A stretch of 64,000 nt of DNA from Felis catus (GCF_018350175.1 NC_058368.1:92072001-92136000); one strand, 5' to 3'; positions 1-12,689 are shown, counted from the stretch's first letter. A program made the numbers and translations. Notes: a model not told the origin generated them from the sequence alone.

Positions 1-940
1 CACACAGAATCTGAAGCAGGCTCCAGGCTCTGAGCTGTCAGCACAGAGCCCGATGCGGGGCTCGAACTCACGGACCGTGAGATCATGACCTGAGCCGAAG
101 TCGGACGCCCAACCGACTGAGCCACCCAGGCGCCCCACCCCGGATTTAATTCTTATCAAAACACCATGAAGTAGGTCCAGTTATTAGATCCATTTTACAG
201 ATGACAGAAGATTAAATAACTTGCCCAAGGTCATGAAGCTAAGAAAGGGGAGGACCTGGTAAGTGAAGCCAGCCAGTCTGGCTCCAGAGCCCTTCTCTGA
301 AGCACTTCACATCACACTTAAACTAGCTTAAACAGGCCGCCATCTCACCAGGAGAGGAAAGCAGCCAGTATCTGTGGCTGGAATGAGTGCACAGCAATGA
401 TTAATGACACCAAGCAACAGAAAACCAACCACACAGCCTGTGAGATGATCAACTAGGAAAGATGGCACCACAAAAGAATGTTTGCCAAGAGTTGGGGAAC
501 CAACTAGGATCACAATCTACCAAAAACAAATATAGCTCAAGAAAGGTCAGGACCTCACCGAGGTCAAACAAGTCTAACCCTGTGGGACACCAACCGAGGC
601 CAGGATTATCTAAGGGAAGCCCAAGTCAACATCTCGAAATTGTATCAAAAAGCTGAGGGAGGAGTTGGGTACAAGGATTTTCACCCCAGCACTGTGTGTT
701 GTGGCAGGAAGTGGAAGACAATCTAGGAGCCACAGGGAGAGGCACTGGAGGGGGGAGGCGCTGATAAGTCAAGGAAGTAAAATATGGGAGATACATCTAT
801 GGAAAGCTGGTTCGCATTTAGAAGCCACCTCAGAGATACTCACAGGATCATCAATAAAATCCCAAAGACACAGCCCTGAAGGGGAAAAAAGAAACAAGGA
901 ACTCTAGGCAGAATACCATTTATGTAAATTAAAAATCTAT

Positions 941-1165
941 GGGGACGCCTGGGTGGCGGAGTCGGTTGAGCGTTGAGCGTCTGACTTCGGCTAAGGTCAC
1001 GATCTCACAGCTTGTGAGTTCGAGCCCCACGTCAGGCTCTGTGCTGACAGCTCAGAGCCCGAAACCTGCTTCAGATTGTGTCTCCCTCTCTCTCTGTCCC
1101 TAACCCACTCACATTCTGTCTCTGTCTCTCTCAAAAACAAATAAACATTAAAAAAAATTTTTTTT
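941..1165 (+). mobile_element. Full-length carnivore SINE (feline type), representative copy
   Basis: GGGGACGCCTGGGTGGC head, GTGAGTTCGAGCCC B-box, CT-rich tract, A-tail; AAAATCTATG/AAATCTATG on both flanks. Confidence 0.92.
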
Positions 1166-2559
1166 TTAAATCTATGCGTACAACCAAGGACACAGGCAAA
1201 TAAAAGGATTTACACTAAACATAGCAGGGTGGTTTCCTGTGGGCGGAGGGTGGGGGGAGAAGGAAGGAAAGGGGATAAAAGGGAATACATAAATAAATAC
1301 AAAAGAGATAGAGGCCCTGCCTGAACCAGTTAAATGTATAATGAACTGAGGAGTCTGATGAACTCAATAAAATCTAAAATAAAATAAATAAGCCAGGAAA
1401 ACAGAACTGCATGCAAGTATTCTACCCAAAAGCCCAGGAGGCTAATTCAGTGTGTCCACAGTGAGCCACTCTGCCTCAACCACAGTCGGTCATGTTCACC
1501 GGGCACTAGGATGGATGAGTGTGAGTTTGTCTTTGACAAGCTTCATGATGAATCCAGTGGAATTTCATGTCCATTTCCAGCCCTCCTCCCCAAGGTCTCA
1601 CATGTACAGAAACGATCCGCTAGGACGATCCCTTCAAACAACACATCAGACCCTGTCACCCCTTGACTCAACACTGCCTGGCTTGACGCACAAGCCGCGT
1701 GTAGTTACACATTCGCTTCCTTTGCACAAGCTACTCGGGTGTCCAGAGTGCCCTGTGCACTCCTCTGTATGGAGGCTGCAAGAAGCAGTTTAATCACCAG
1801 CTCCCCACAAGGCCCTCGACGAAATCCCCCCTGGTGTCTCCTTCTGGTTCGCAAACCTCTGTGGAAGACACCCATTCCACACTCCTCTGAGTCCTCAGCA
1901 CTGTGGCACAGTAACTGCCTCTTTACAGGTCTCCTACTAGACTGTGAGCTGCTCAGGGCTGGAGGCCAATCTTGTCCTCTTTCTCCCCTCAGCACCCAGC
2001 CCAGGGCCTGGTCCACAGTGGCTGTTCAGTGAATTCTTGCTGATTAAATGGCGCATCCATCTCCTAACCGTTGGGCTAGGGGACCTGAGCTTGAACCTGC
2101 AGGGGGGTGGACAGGAAGACACATGAATAAAGTATTAAAATCCCCACTAAGGCATGCATGGGTTTTGTCCCCAGTCAGTCTTCAGCATCCTGAAACGGAA
2201 GGGCCCCCTTCTGAGGCAAAAGGGAAGAAGGGAAATTTATGCAAAACATAGAAAGGTCCCCTTTGCCATTCGACACAGAACTGGACAGCCTTGGGGCACC
2301 GGGGTTGAGCGTCTGACTTTGGTTCAGGTCATGATCTCACAGTTTGTGGGTTCGAGCCCCGCATCTCGCTCTGTGCTGACATCGCAGAGCCTGCTTCAGA
2401 TCCTCTGAACCCCCTCTTTCTGCACCTCCCCCGCTCACTTGCTCTCTCTCTCAAAAATAAAAAAAAAAAAAAACATTAAAAAAAATGCCTAGGACTGGAC
2501 AGCTTCCATTGACCCAACTCTTACACTTCTGCACCCCTCACTTCTATCCAGTCTCCACC

Positions 2560-3030
2560 CTGCCCACCAGTCCTCTGCTTAAAACCCAACAGATCCCTAC
2601 TGTAGTCAGAATAAAACCCCCTCCTTTTTTTTTTTTTTTAGTTTATTTATTTCTTTTAGTAATCTCTACACCCAACACGGAGCTCGAATTCACCACCCTG
2701 AGATCAAGAGTCACATGCTCCTCTGAGCCAGCCAGGTGCCTCCCACCTCCTTTTGATGGCCCACGAGGCTCTATGTGAGCTGACTTCCAACCACCCCTCC
2801 TTGCTCAGCTACCACTCTCCCCTTCACTGCCCATACTCCAACCATACCAGCCTCCTTTCTGTCCTTGACTACAATGAGTTTATTTCTGTCTCAGGGCCTG
2901 TGACTGGCTGTTCCCTCTGCCTGATACACTCTTCCCCCAAATCTTCCCACGACTGGCTCCTTGTCAGGGTCCAATGTCAACATCGTCTCTTCAGAGGTGC
3001 TCTCCTACATCACAGTATCTAATGTTGACC
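2560..3030 (+). mobile_element. L2 LINE relic with a short SINE inserted
   Basis: CCATACCAGCCTCCTTTCTGTCCTTGA...TCTCAGGGCCT...CTGTTCCCTCTGCCTG resembles the L2 3' region. Confidence 0.55.
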
Positions 3031-3281
3031 CTTCTGCTCCACCCCCACTCCAGACACCCTATCTTATCACCCCGTTCCTTCTCTTCATTATACATCCCTA
3101 GTTGAAGTTTCAAATCTTTCGTCATCAGCCAAAACTGGAGGACAAAGCCCACCATTTCCAACTCCTAAGCTGTAACTCCTACTAGGAATTTCGCCTGCAT
3201 TAACGTGCAAATGACTGGCACACTCCTACTCATCCTTCAGAAGACCCTGATTGAAAGCCCCGTCTGGACCCCTCGGGTTAC

Positions 3282-3400
3282 CTCAGACCCGGCCGGGTCG
3301 CACTAGAACGCGTCCTCTCAGTTCGAGGGACTCCCCTGGCAGAGGCGGCTCCTCCAGGGTCCTGTGAGTCCGTGGGACTCCAGCTGCTCCGGGCCGACGA
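3282..3400 (-). other. RMND5B: Putative non-coding 5' UTR exon 2 of the downstream gene (probably RMND5B)
   Basis: Minus strand: polypyrimidine tract TTGTTTTCTCCCCAG ending at 3401 and donor GAG|GTAACC after 3282, giving a 119-nt exon. Confidence 0.55.
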
Positions 3401-3573
3401 CTGGGGAGAAAACAAGCCCACAGGCAGGCTGGGGCGGGCGCCTGAGGGGCTGCGGAGAAGGCCCAGAGCCTGGGAGCGCGGCGGAGCTCCCGTCCCCCGC
3501 GCCCCCGTTGGCCGGCCCGGCGCCCCTTGTCCTGGGCCCGCACCTCACCGCCCGGAAGCCAGCCGGTTCTCAC

Positions 3574-3640
3574 CTCTTCCCACAACTGGAGCCCTGGCTT
3601 CCGGCGCCTCTGTCATCGGAACCGGAAGTCTCGGCGGTTG
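3574..3640 (-). other. RMND5B: Putative non-coding exon 1 of the downstream gene (probably RMND5B); 5' end approximate
   Basis: Donor GAG|GTGAGA after 3574 (alternative GCG|GTGAGG after 3549), next to the ETS motifs. Confidence 0.45.
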
Positions 3641-6600
3641 CTGGGCTGGGCTGGACCCGCCCACTCGCGGCCTCGCGGAGGGGTGGCCGTCCCTGGAGCC
3701 CGGCTTTGGGCCGGAGCGCCGGGCTTTCCCCTCCCGCACTCCAAGAGTGGAGTCGCCCGCAGGAGGTGCCTTGCCGCCGGAAGCCGCGCCTCCATCCGTC
3801 CGGCGGTCGCCTCTGGGCTTCACCCGGCGCCAGCAACCGCCTGCAAAGCTGCGACCCTCCCAGTCGGCAGGAAGGAATCGTGCCGACCACCTGCCCCCCG
3901 GCGGGGCTGCGTGTGCCTGGTCGGCCCGACTTCTCCACCCGGGTCCCAGCGGCCCAGCTTGGCTCTCGGAAGCCCCAAACCCGGAACAACTGTGCCTCCC
4001 CGGCTCCTTGCCTTTCGCCTTCCTTCAAAGGGAGGACAGTACCGAACAGCATAGTGCATGTTAGGGGTGCAGGAGTTAAACTTTCCTGATGTGGTTCCTT
4101 GGTGCTCTTTATGAAACATCAAGCGATGTTTAATTTTTTTTTTTTTTCTGCCCAGCCTCGCTGGTCCCCTAAGCCTGTACTTGATATACCCACTGGGTAT
4201 TCAACAGAAGGATTCTGCTGGTGGCGGGGGTCCCAGCCCCTGTCTGGCTGCCCTCTGAGAACGCCCCCCTTGAGGGGTGGGGAGTGGGGTGGGGGAGAGA
4301 TGGGGGTTGCAAAATGGCCCTAAGGAGGAAGGGTAAGGGTTAGGAAGGGAGAGGAGACCTAGGCCAGTACGGAATTCACGATACCCCCCAGACCCCCTTC
4401 CTACACAGGGGAGGGGCAGAGAAACTCCCCATTTCCTCCGCAGGCCTCAGGGGTTTGGACTAGAAACAGCCCAAGAAAAAAGACTCTTATCTCTTGTTTC
4501 CGTGATTTCCTGCTCCCTTTTGGGGCTAGTCTCATTCCAGAGCAACCTCCCCTCCAACCCTCCAGGCCTCCTTCCCACCTCCACCCACCCCCAAATGCTC
4601 TTGCGCAATCTTGTTTTCTGTATAGCGTTTGCACAATCCAGTTGTGTTTTCTTTATAACATTTGACTTGAAATTGTCTTGTGTGTTTATTCGTTTATTCT
4701 GTCTTCCGGCCCCTAACACATACACACCCTTTAGGATAAAAGGTCCTTTGGAGTAAGGACTCTAGACTCATCACTGCTGTATCCTCAACACCACGTTCTT
4801 GGGACGCAGTAAGTGCTCAAAAATACTCCGAGGTAGCCAGTATCCTCTACTCCTGAAGGAGGAAAGGCAGCTCCAAAACCTTATGACACACACAGGGAAG
4901 AGGGCAGTCCACAGTCCCCCGCGGGAGCGTGGTCGGAGCATCCTGGAGAGCCTTGTCTGTGCACCTTAAGTCTGGGTGGTCCTGGCCAACTTGGGGGCCG
5001 CGGGGGCGGAGAGTTCGGTGAACTCTGCCTGGGGCCACGGGCTGGGCTGAAGCGGCCTCCAAGTCAGCAGGACCTCACAGACCTTCCCTAACGCCCCAGG
5101 CTTCCTCACTTCCTCTGGGGGAGCCTTTACTTGCCTCACAGTCCAGATGGGCGGGAGCAAAACCTGCCTTCTCCAAGGACTTTGAATGTCCCGCGCGCGC
5201 ACCCGAGCACACGTTTTTTGTGTCTCTGCCTCTGTCTCTTTCACACACGCACGCACACTCACACACACTCTCACACCCCAGGCCATTTCACCTCTGTCTG
5301 TCATTGTCCACTCCACATGTGGCTCTCCTTGCATGTCGGTTACTTCTCAAAGTGCACGGATGATTTTGTCGTGCTCATTGGGACTATGGCTTTTGTTTCG
5401 TTTTGTTTGAGGGTTGGAGTGCTTCAAAGCAGAAAAACCTAGCTGTTCTCCACTAACTCAGTAATAGTCTGTTTAATCTTTTGCTAGTTTCCTAGGATTT
5501 TTTTTTTTTAATTTCAGTCCTCAATACATGTCCATTTTATTTTGCAGGGGGTGGTGCACAGTATGACTTATTTTTTCCCCAAATTTGTGTCCAGTTATCC
5601 CAGTACCTCTTATTAAATGATCCTACCTTACCCCTTCGTTTTGAAGCCTTTTATCATAACATTAAGATTTTCTACTGAATGGAATCTATTTCTGGCTCTT
5701 CATTCCTTCCATTGAGATGTGGTATTATTTTTACACCAATGTCATATTGTTTTACTTGCTACTTTGTAATATGTTCCAATATGTGGTGGGATTATACACT
5801 GTTCACAAAAAAAAATAAATAAATAAGGAAAAGCAAGGTGATTGAGGAAGCAGATCACTGTTGTTGGGGATGGGGACTGGGCTGACTAGGAGAAGCAGGA
5901 ATTTGGAGGGGGGCGGGTGATGGAACTATTCTGTATCTTGATTTTAGTGTTGGTTACGCAACTTTCTGCATTTGTCAAAGCTCTAAAAACTACTCTTGGG
6001 GCACCTGGGTGTCTCAGTTAAGCATGTCTGACTCTCGATTTCAGCTCGGGTCATGATCTCGCATTTCGTGTGTTCGAGCCCTGTGTCAAGCTCTGTACTG
6101 TCTCCCTGTCTCCCTTTCTCTCTGCCCCTCCCCTGCTTGCTCTCACTCTCTCAGAAATAAACATTACAAATTTTTAATAAGTAATAAATTAAAGCTATAC
6201 TCTAAAAATGAAGCATTTTCCTCTATGTAAATTATACCTTAAAAATGCTGGAGGGGAGCGGGACCGGATACACAAAGAGCACGTTAGATAAATCTCTCAA
6301 CAAAAAGCGGGGGCGGGGGGTGCCTGGGTAGCTCAGTTGGTTAAGCATCTGACTCTTGATTTGGGCTCAGGTCATGATCTCTTGGTTCGTGGGATTGAGC
6401 CCCACATTGGGCTCCATGAGGAGCCTGCTTGGGATTCTCTTTCTCTCTCTCTCTGCCCCTCCACCCGACTCGTTCTCATGCTCTCTCTCACTTGTGCTCT
6501 TTCTCTCTTTAAATAGGTAAACATTTTTTTTTAAAAAGAGAAAAAGTTCTTGGATAAGACAATCCCTGGCATGTTCTTCTGAAAATACAGCCTTCCTCAC

Positions 6601-7478
6601 TTCTCAGAATGAGCCCTGGAAGGCCAGGCTAGGAAAAGATGGAGTCTCCCCTGATAGCTGGGGTAAGGGCAGTAACAGGTAATGCAGATCCTGCCTGCCT
6701 TCTGTGGAACCTCTGTGGAGCATCAGGCCTCAGCCCGTGGAGCTCAAGTTGCCTGCTCAGGCCCTGTCTCTTCTTCCACCCTCCAGGTGGCACCCAACCA
6801 GTCTCCTGCGCCTTCTCTCTCTTCCTGCCCCTCCTTGTCAGGCTTTGGTTCAGGCCAAAAGCAGCTGCTTCATCTGCAGGCTCTGGAGCAAAATGAAAAC
6901 GTAAGGCTCCTTGTTCAAACATCATTATAATTTTAAGATGGCGGGGCGCCTGGGTGGCTCAGTCGGTTGGGCGTCAGGCTTCGGTTCAGGTCATGATCTC
7001 ACAGTCTGGGAGTTCAAGCCCCATGTCGGGCTCTGCGCTGACAGCTCAGAGCATGGAGCCTGCTTCAGATTCTGTCTCCCTCTCTCTCTGCTCCTCCCCG
7101 GCTCGCACTCTGTCTCTCTCTCAAGGAAAAAAAAAAAAAAAAGTTCAAGATGGCAACAGGAGACCATTGCACCAAGTGTAGGGCCCTTCTGAGTGTTGTC
7201 CTGAATGACAACACACAGGAAAAGCTAGTCCCAGTTCCGGCTCTCCCCCTTGGCTGCCTGAGGGACCCACCCACAGCCATAGGTGAAGTCTTCCTGTGCC
7301 AACTTACCAGGCAGTCTAGGGGCTGCCCTGCCTCCCTTCAAACCCTTATAGACAGGACCCTCCCTTGGACCTGCCCCACACCTCTCTGTGTCCATGCCAG
7401 GCCAATCCTGGACTCTCTTGTCCCACCCTGCTCCTGAGGAAATCCTCCCAACTTCCCTTCCTCAGAGAAGTTTATCCT

Positions 7479-7910
7479 TGCTGAAGAAAAAAAAAAAAAA
7501 ATTACTCATGACACTCATCAGTTTGGTAAGGAAGACTTTATTCAAGAGAGGCTACTGCAGTGTGGAGTTTTGTAGTAGGGCAGAGAGAGTGGGCTCAACT
7601 TCAAATACAGCAAGGAAAAGTAGAATTTACAGCCAAGGAGCGGGTAGGGGTCAGTGGATGAAAAATTACTGAGAGGAAACCTTGGGGGTCTGGAAGCAGA
7701 TTCTGGCTAAATGCACCTCACAGGAGTCTTGCTGAAGGCAGGCCAGCCGTCGCCTGAGGGGGTTGGTGGAAGATTACATGATACGGACAAAGGGGGAGTC
7801 TGGCTAAACTAAGCAGAAATCTTGCCAGAACCGGACCGTATAAGGAGACACCTGCCAAGGTCAGGCACAAAGAGAGGTCAGAAAAGTGCCTGACCAAAAT
7901 ATGGTCAAAT
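7479..7910 (-). mobile_element. Solo LTR, MER31-like (ERV1)
   Basis: Reverse complement resembles the MER31 consensus as recalled (TTGACCA...GGTCAGG, GCCTGCCTTCAGCAAGA, GTAATTTTTCATCCACTGACCCC, AATAAAGTCTTCCTTACC). Confidence 0.7.
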
Positions 7911-10900
7911 ACACACCCCTCATCACCTGCAGTGAAAAGTGAGCCAGCCCGAGCTCCACAGTACTTACGCCTTACCTTTCATGACATATTTCACTTTTGC
8001 TTTGTTGCAAGAAATAGCACATTTCCTTTTCTTTTCCGAATCTGATAGAGCTAAAACCCACCTACTAGGGTGGGGAGTTATGCAATCTGAATTGTCACCA
8101 TGGGGCATGCGTCCTCTTTGAAAAAAGGCTCCCTGATACCTATAGATATACCCAGTCTGAGAAATTTGCTTCTCCATGCGCCATTGACTGGCCACTGTGA
8201 TGTAGAGGTCTGCACGCTTTTGGCCCGGTCACTACCATGGACAGATGTGTGTGCTGTCTCCCTCCCCCACCCACAGGGAAAGGTCATGGGGGCAGGGGCG
8301 TTGGCCACTGTGGCTTCCTCATCTGAGAACCAGGCCTGGCCCTGAGGGAGGCATGCAGTACCTCCCCAGGCAGTGAATGGGGACTGGCTCTGCAGCCCCA
8401 GTGCTTGGCCCAGGTGCCCGTGAATGGTGAATGAACACTCACAGCCAGAGACTTCCCCACCTACTCCACTCCACCCCCAGCTTGAACCCATGACAGCCAG
8501 GGAGAGGTCTGGTTCCTCTTGAGTCCAAAGCCCTCCAGTGCCTTCTGGGCTGGAGCCAGAGCAGTCTCTGGGGATAAAAACAGAAGACACAGTCCTGCCT
8601 GGCAATGCCCACAGCCCAGTGGAGAGACCAAAATGTCAGCAGAAGTAGGGGACTGTGGGCACAGGGACGGGGGGCGCTGCCCAGGCAGGGCAGGGCAGGA
8701 GTTCAGGGCAGGCTTTCCTGAGGAAACAAGATCTGGGGACTGTGAGGAGCCTCTGCCTGGAGGATGAGGGCTCAGAGGTGCTGTGAGGGAATGATGGGGT
8801 CAGAAAGGGCAACCAGTATCAGGGACTCTGTGGAGGCCAGGCTGTCAGAGGCCTTAAGTGATAGGCTGAGGGGCCCAGGCAGTGACTGAAAGAGGTGACA
8901 CTAGCTGAGCTGAGAACAGAAGGGCCCAGGGGCATGGAGCCCAGTGTGGGCAGCTGGCCTCAGTTCTGGAGAATTGGCTGCTTGGGCCTAGTCTGCCAGG
9001 GCAGGGGGACCTCTGGGCACCTGGTGAGCTAAGGGGCCCGCCAGGCTCAGGAGGGAGGGTTCCGAAGCAGTAGCCACTGCAGTGGCACCTGTGATCAGCT
9101 GGCCCCAGAGCCACCCAGCCGGCTTGGGGACCAGGGAACTGGTTTGCCCAGCAGGGATGAGCTAACAGGGATCCGGTTCCCTCTGAGCCACCCCAGCTTC
9201 AGCTCTCTCGTGCCCTCCCCCTGCATCTGGGTCTGGCCCTGGTTTCTGGCACAGCTGCCAAGTTTTGGTACCGCCCACCCACTCCCCGCCGGCTGTACTG
9301 GCCGGCCCAGCTCTCTAATTGCTGGGTGGGGAGCTGTCCTGCAGAGATGGTTCACCGAAAGGTAGACCCCAGCCACTGTGGGGCACCTGGGCACGCAGCC
9401 TGCCCAGTTCCGGGTTGTGGGGAGGGAGTGACCCAGGCTTCAGGTCAGCACCTAGCTCTGCTGGGGGGGGGGGGGGGGGGCTTCTGGACGGTCACTGGGC
9501 CAGAGATCTCGGTTTGGAGAAGTCTGTGAAATGGGTTCCAAGGCCTGTGGGAGACCAGCCTGCCTAAGTTGAGTGCTCTCTGCTTCCCTTCCCAGGCAGA
9601 GGACCCAGACACAGGGGTCTGTCCTGGCCACAGGCTCTACTCAAGCCTGGCCAGAGACAAGTGGGGCAGGGACTGGTGGAAAGAAATGGGGCAGAAGGGA
9701 GCGGCCAGGAAGCAGCCCTCCTGGCCTCCAACCCAGGGGCCCCAAACACACCCCCAGACACACCCACCACCCACAAGACAGCTTTACACACCTGCCACTT
9801 ACACAGCCATAAACACACCATCCCCACGGCAGACAACACACACACCCCATTCCCCACCCTAAAAAGGTGGGGCACATCAGCTCATACTCCATAGCCCCAT
9901 AGGTGCCCCTACATAGCGAATCCACTTACCACCAGGACCCACATGCTGGGGCCTGACAGGCTGCCAGGCATGGCCTGGGAAGGGGGGGATCATGGTGGAA
10001 GGGAGCAACCTGGGGTTTCTGCAGAGAACATACCAGAAGATGCTGCTGCCCCATCAGGGCAGGCACTGGGAGGAGAAGAGGTCTGTGCGCTGGCTCCCCT
10101 GGAGCGGGAAGCACATCTAATTCAACCCTGAGCCCCCAAGCCCTGAAGGCCTAACAGATAGGAAGTGCTCAATGCATGACATATGGATACTGATCTTTAC
10201 TGCAGGGAGTGGGGAAGGGCTGCCTGCATGCCAGCCTGGGTCTGTGTTCCAGGCCATCCACCCAGGAGGGAGCAAAAACCCAAAGGGGAAGCCTGACTGC
10301 TGAGAGGCTATGGGTGAGAGTGGGCTTTAGGGGGCTGAGCCTAAGGGTCAGAGAGCCCGGCGCAGGGCTGGGAGTGGAGGGCTCCTTCCTCTCAGGACAG
10401 ACCTTTCCAAAATACAAATCAGATCACATCTCACCCCTGCTAAAAAATACCCCAGGGCCTTCCACTGTCTACAGGAAAATGGCCACGTTCCCTGCTGCGG
10501 TACAGGCCCTTCACCAAGTAACCCACCCACAAATTTTGTCTCCTCTATCTTCCCAGGGCCTCCCATCCCTGTGTGGGGGGGAGGGGTGCACCACAGCCAG
10601 ACAGAAAGATGGGAGGTGGGTTCTGGGAGGGGCAGGGCCCTACTGGAGCCTTTGGGTGCTCCAGGGGAAGCTGTCTTAGGCCGGCCCCAACCCAGCAGGG
10701 GGCTGGGTACCACAGTCCAGACTTCCTACCAAGAGAATGTTTCATGTTCTAGCAATGCCTTGGTTGACTTGCCCTTTTGTTTTTCTGGGTTCTCTGGTAT
10801 TGTTCCTTCCAAAAAATCCCACTGGTGCTGAGAAAGGAATTTCAGCCCACACGGCAGCTAAGGAACCGTGTGGTGCTGGGGCATGGATTCCTCCACTCCC

Positions 10901-11085
10901 CAACACACATGCCCAGCAGCTGTGCACACAGGCACATGGCACGGCCTCCCACCGACCATGACCATGGAAGGAGCTACATACAGCCAAGGTAAAGGGCCCC
11001 CACCCCCAACCATCCACAATCCTCTAGACCCAGGCCAGGGACAGGCCCAGTGTATCACCCAGGGCCTCCTTGTAGAAAATGTGAT

Positions 11086-11091
11086 TTTATT
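11086..11091 (-). terminator. N4BP3: Candidate proximal polyadenylation signal (AATAAA) of N4BP3
   Basis: TTTATT on + strand, about 330 nt past the stop codon; usage not demonstrable from sequence. Confidence 0.4.
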
Positions 11092-11420
11092 CTGAGGGAG
11101 GCCAATGTCCCCGTCCCAGCCTCCCTCCTTCACGCCTGCCCTTCTGCATCACGGGGCCCTTGGTCCCCCAGCCTCCTTCTCTGGGCCACATCTACTCCAG
11201 GGAGCAGGGCGGGGCCCTGCCGAGGTGCTCCTCTGCCAGGAGGGCACCCTATCCAGCCCACAGCAGCGCTGGACCCCTCCTCTCGGTGGGCCTCCCCACT
11301 CCTGGCTGGCCTCAGCAGCTCCTGCCCCCAACCAGTGTAAGGAAGGAGCCAGCCCTCTCAGCGCGGGCTCGTCCAAGCCGCTTTCTGGCGGTGCTTCTGC
11401 AGCCCGCTCACCCCCTGGCT

Positions 11421-11951
11421 TCAGATCTTGGAGGACTCCAGCCGAGGACTCCAGGGTGCTGGGGGCTCCCGCAGCGCCCGCAGCTCTTGTTCCAGCGCCT
11501 GGTTGCGGCGGTACATGTCCAGGTAGCCTCCTTGGATCTCCCGCTGGTAGCGCAGCACCCTTTCCTTCTCCTCCTGCCATGTCCGCCGCTCCCGCTCAAA
11601 GCACAGTGCCTGCTCCTGGGCGCGGAGCCGCTCCTGCACCAGCTGGGCCCGCAGCTGCTCGGCGCCACCTGCGGCCTCGCTGCTGCCACCTGCCTCCCCC
11701 AGAAGCCCCCTGCTCTTGCAGTCGTCGGTCTCACAGCTGCCCTGGGCTTCCTCCCGAGGGCCCTGCTCCTGCAGGCTCCGCACGGCCTCGCGCAGCTGGG
11801 CCAGCTCTGCGTCCTGGGCCTGCGCCTGCGCCCGGCTGCCCCGAAGTTGCGTCTTGAGGCTGAAGATCTCGGCCAGCTTCTGCGCCAGCTCGGCCTGAGC
11901 CTCCCGCAGCTGCTGCTTCAAGAGGCTAATCTCCGCTGTCTTCTGGCACAC
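11421..11951 (-). CDS. N4BP3: N4BP3 last coding exon (VCQKTAEISLLKQQL...WSPRLESSKI-stop), Fez1/LZTS-type coiled coil and C-terminal PDZ-ligand-like tail
   Basis: Acceptor CAG at 11954-11952; TGA at 11423-11421. WEVCQKxxEISLLKQQL is characteristic of the LZTS/Fezzin family. Spliced total 107+176+85+176 = 544 aa. Confidence 0.96.
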   Translation of the reverse strand: MCQKTAEISLLKQQLREAQAELAQKLAEIFSLKTQLRGSRAQAQAQDAELAQLREAVRSLQEQGPREEAQGSCETDDCKSRGLLGEAGGSSEAAGGAEQLRAQLVQERLRAQEQALCFERERRTWQEEKERVLRYQREIQGGYLDMYRRNQALEQELRALREPPAPWSPRLESSKI

Positions 11952-12083
11952 CTGGGCGGGGAGGGGCGGGGCACAGGATGGGCAAGAGCCAGACAAAGTG
12001 GGTAAGACCAGGAGCCAGCAGAGGGTGGGACCCCACAGGTGGCAAAGAGGACATAAAAAGTTTCTGTATGCCCAATTTCTCAC

Positions 12084-12338
12084 CTCCCATCGGGCTTCCT
12101 CCTCTGGTCGGGTGTTAGGGTCAGCATCCGGGAGGGCACCGGGGGGCCGAGGCTCGGGGCCCAGGCCCTGCTGTGCCCGGAGCTCTTTGCGCAGCCGCCG
12201 CTGCTCCTGCTGGGCCATGAACAGCTGGAGCTGGAGGTTGCGCTCACTGCGCTCTGCCTTCTGAGCCACCTCGTGCAGCCTCTCCACATACAGGCGCTTC
12301 AGCTCGGACAGCCACAGCCGCTGGCGCTCTTCCAGCAC
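12084..12338 (-). CDS. N4BP3: N4BP3 third coding exon (85 codons, VLEERQRLWLSELKRLY...EEEARWE), coiled coil
   Basis: Acceptor CAG at 12341-12339, donor GAG|GTGAG after 12084, phase 0; lies within supplied ORF 11421..12527. Confidence 0.96.
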
Positions 12339-12689
12339 CTGCCAAGGGGACGAGGCGCCTGCCATGCGGGGATATCCCACACACAGACCACCCAACCCCC
12401 CCTCGTTCCTGAACACCAACTGCCAGCCCCTCCACAACACTCCAGCTGCAACTGGAGGTGAAGTGCCTGCCAAGACTGCCCAGGGAGTCTCTCGTCCTCC
12501 CTTCCACGCAAGGGCCACCAGTGACATGACATTCCCATCACATGGGGGCTGGGGAACCGAATCAACTCCATCTTCCTTACTCTCTTGTGCCCAGAGCTAC
12601 GTAAGTGAACTGGCTGGGGACCCTTCTGTGTGTCCTGTACTCCAATGCCAAGGGACAGAACAGGACCCCAGAGCAGGGGGAGCCCTCAC

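Larger units (their letters stand above)
3260..4030. promoter_or_regulatory. RMND5B: CpG island promoter with ETS/GABP-type CCGGAAG motifs, probably the RMND5B promoter
   Basis: Dense CpG; CCGGAAG at 3552, 3622 and 3777 and CTTCCGG at 3598. Gene identity rests only on the conserved order N4BP3-RMND5B-NHP2; no RMND5B coding sequence is in the window. Confidence 0.7.

Noticed and set aside
3364..4089. ORFs of 160-241 aa in several frames across the 3.3-4.0 kb CpG island
   Set aside because: Stop codons are scarce in GC-rich DNA; the Pro/Arg/Gly-rich products resemble no protein I recognise, including RMND5B.
12339..12527. N-terminal extension of ORF 11421..12527 (MSLVALAW...)
   Set aside because: Intronic; similarity to N4BP3 starts exactly at the acceptor at 12338.
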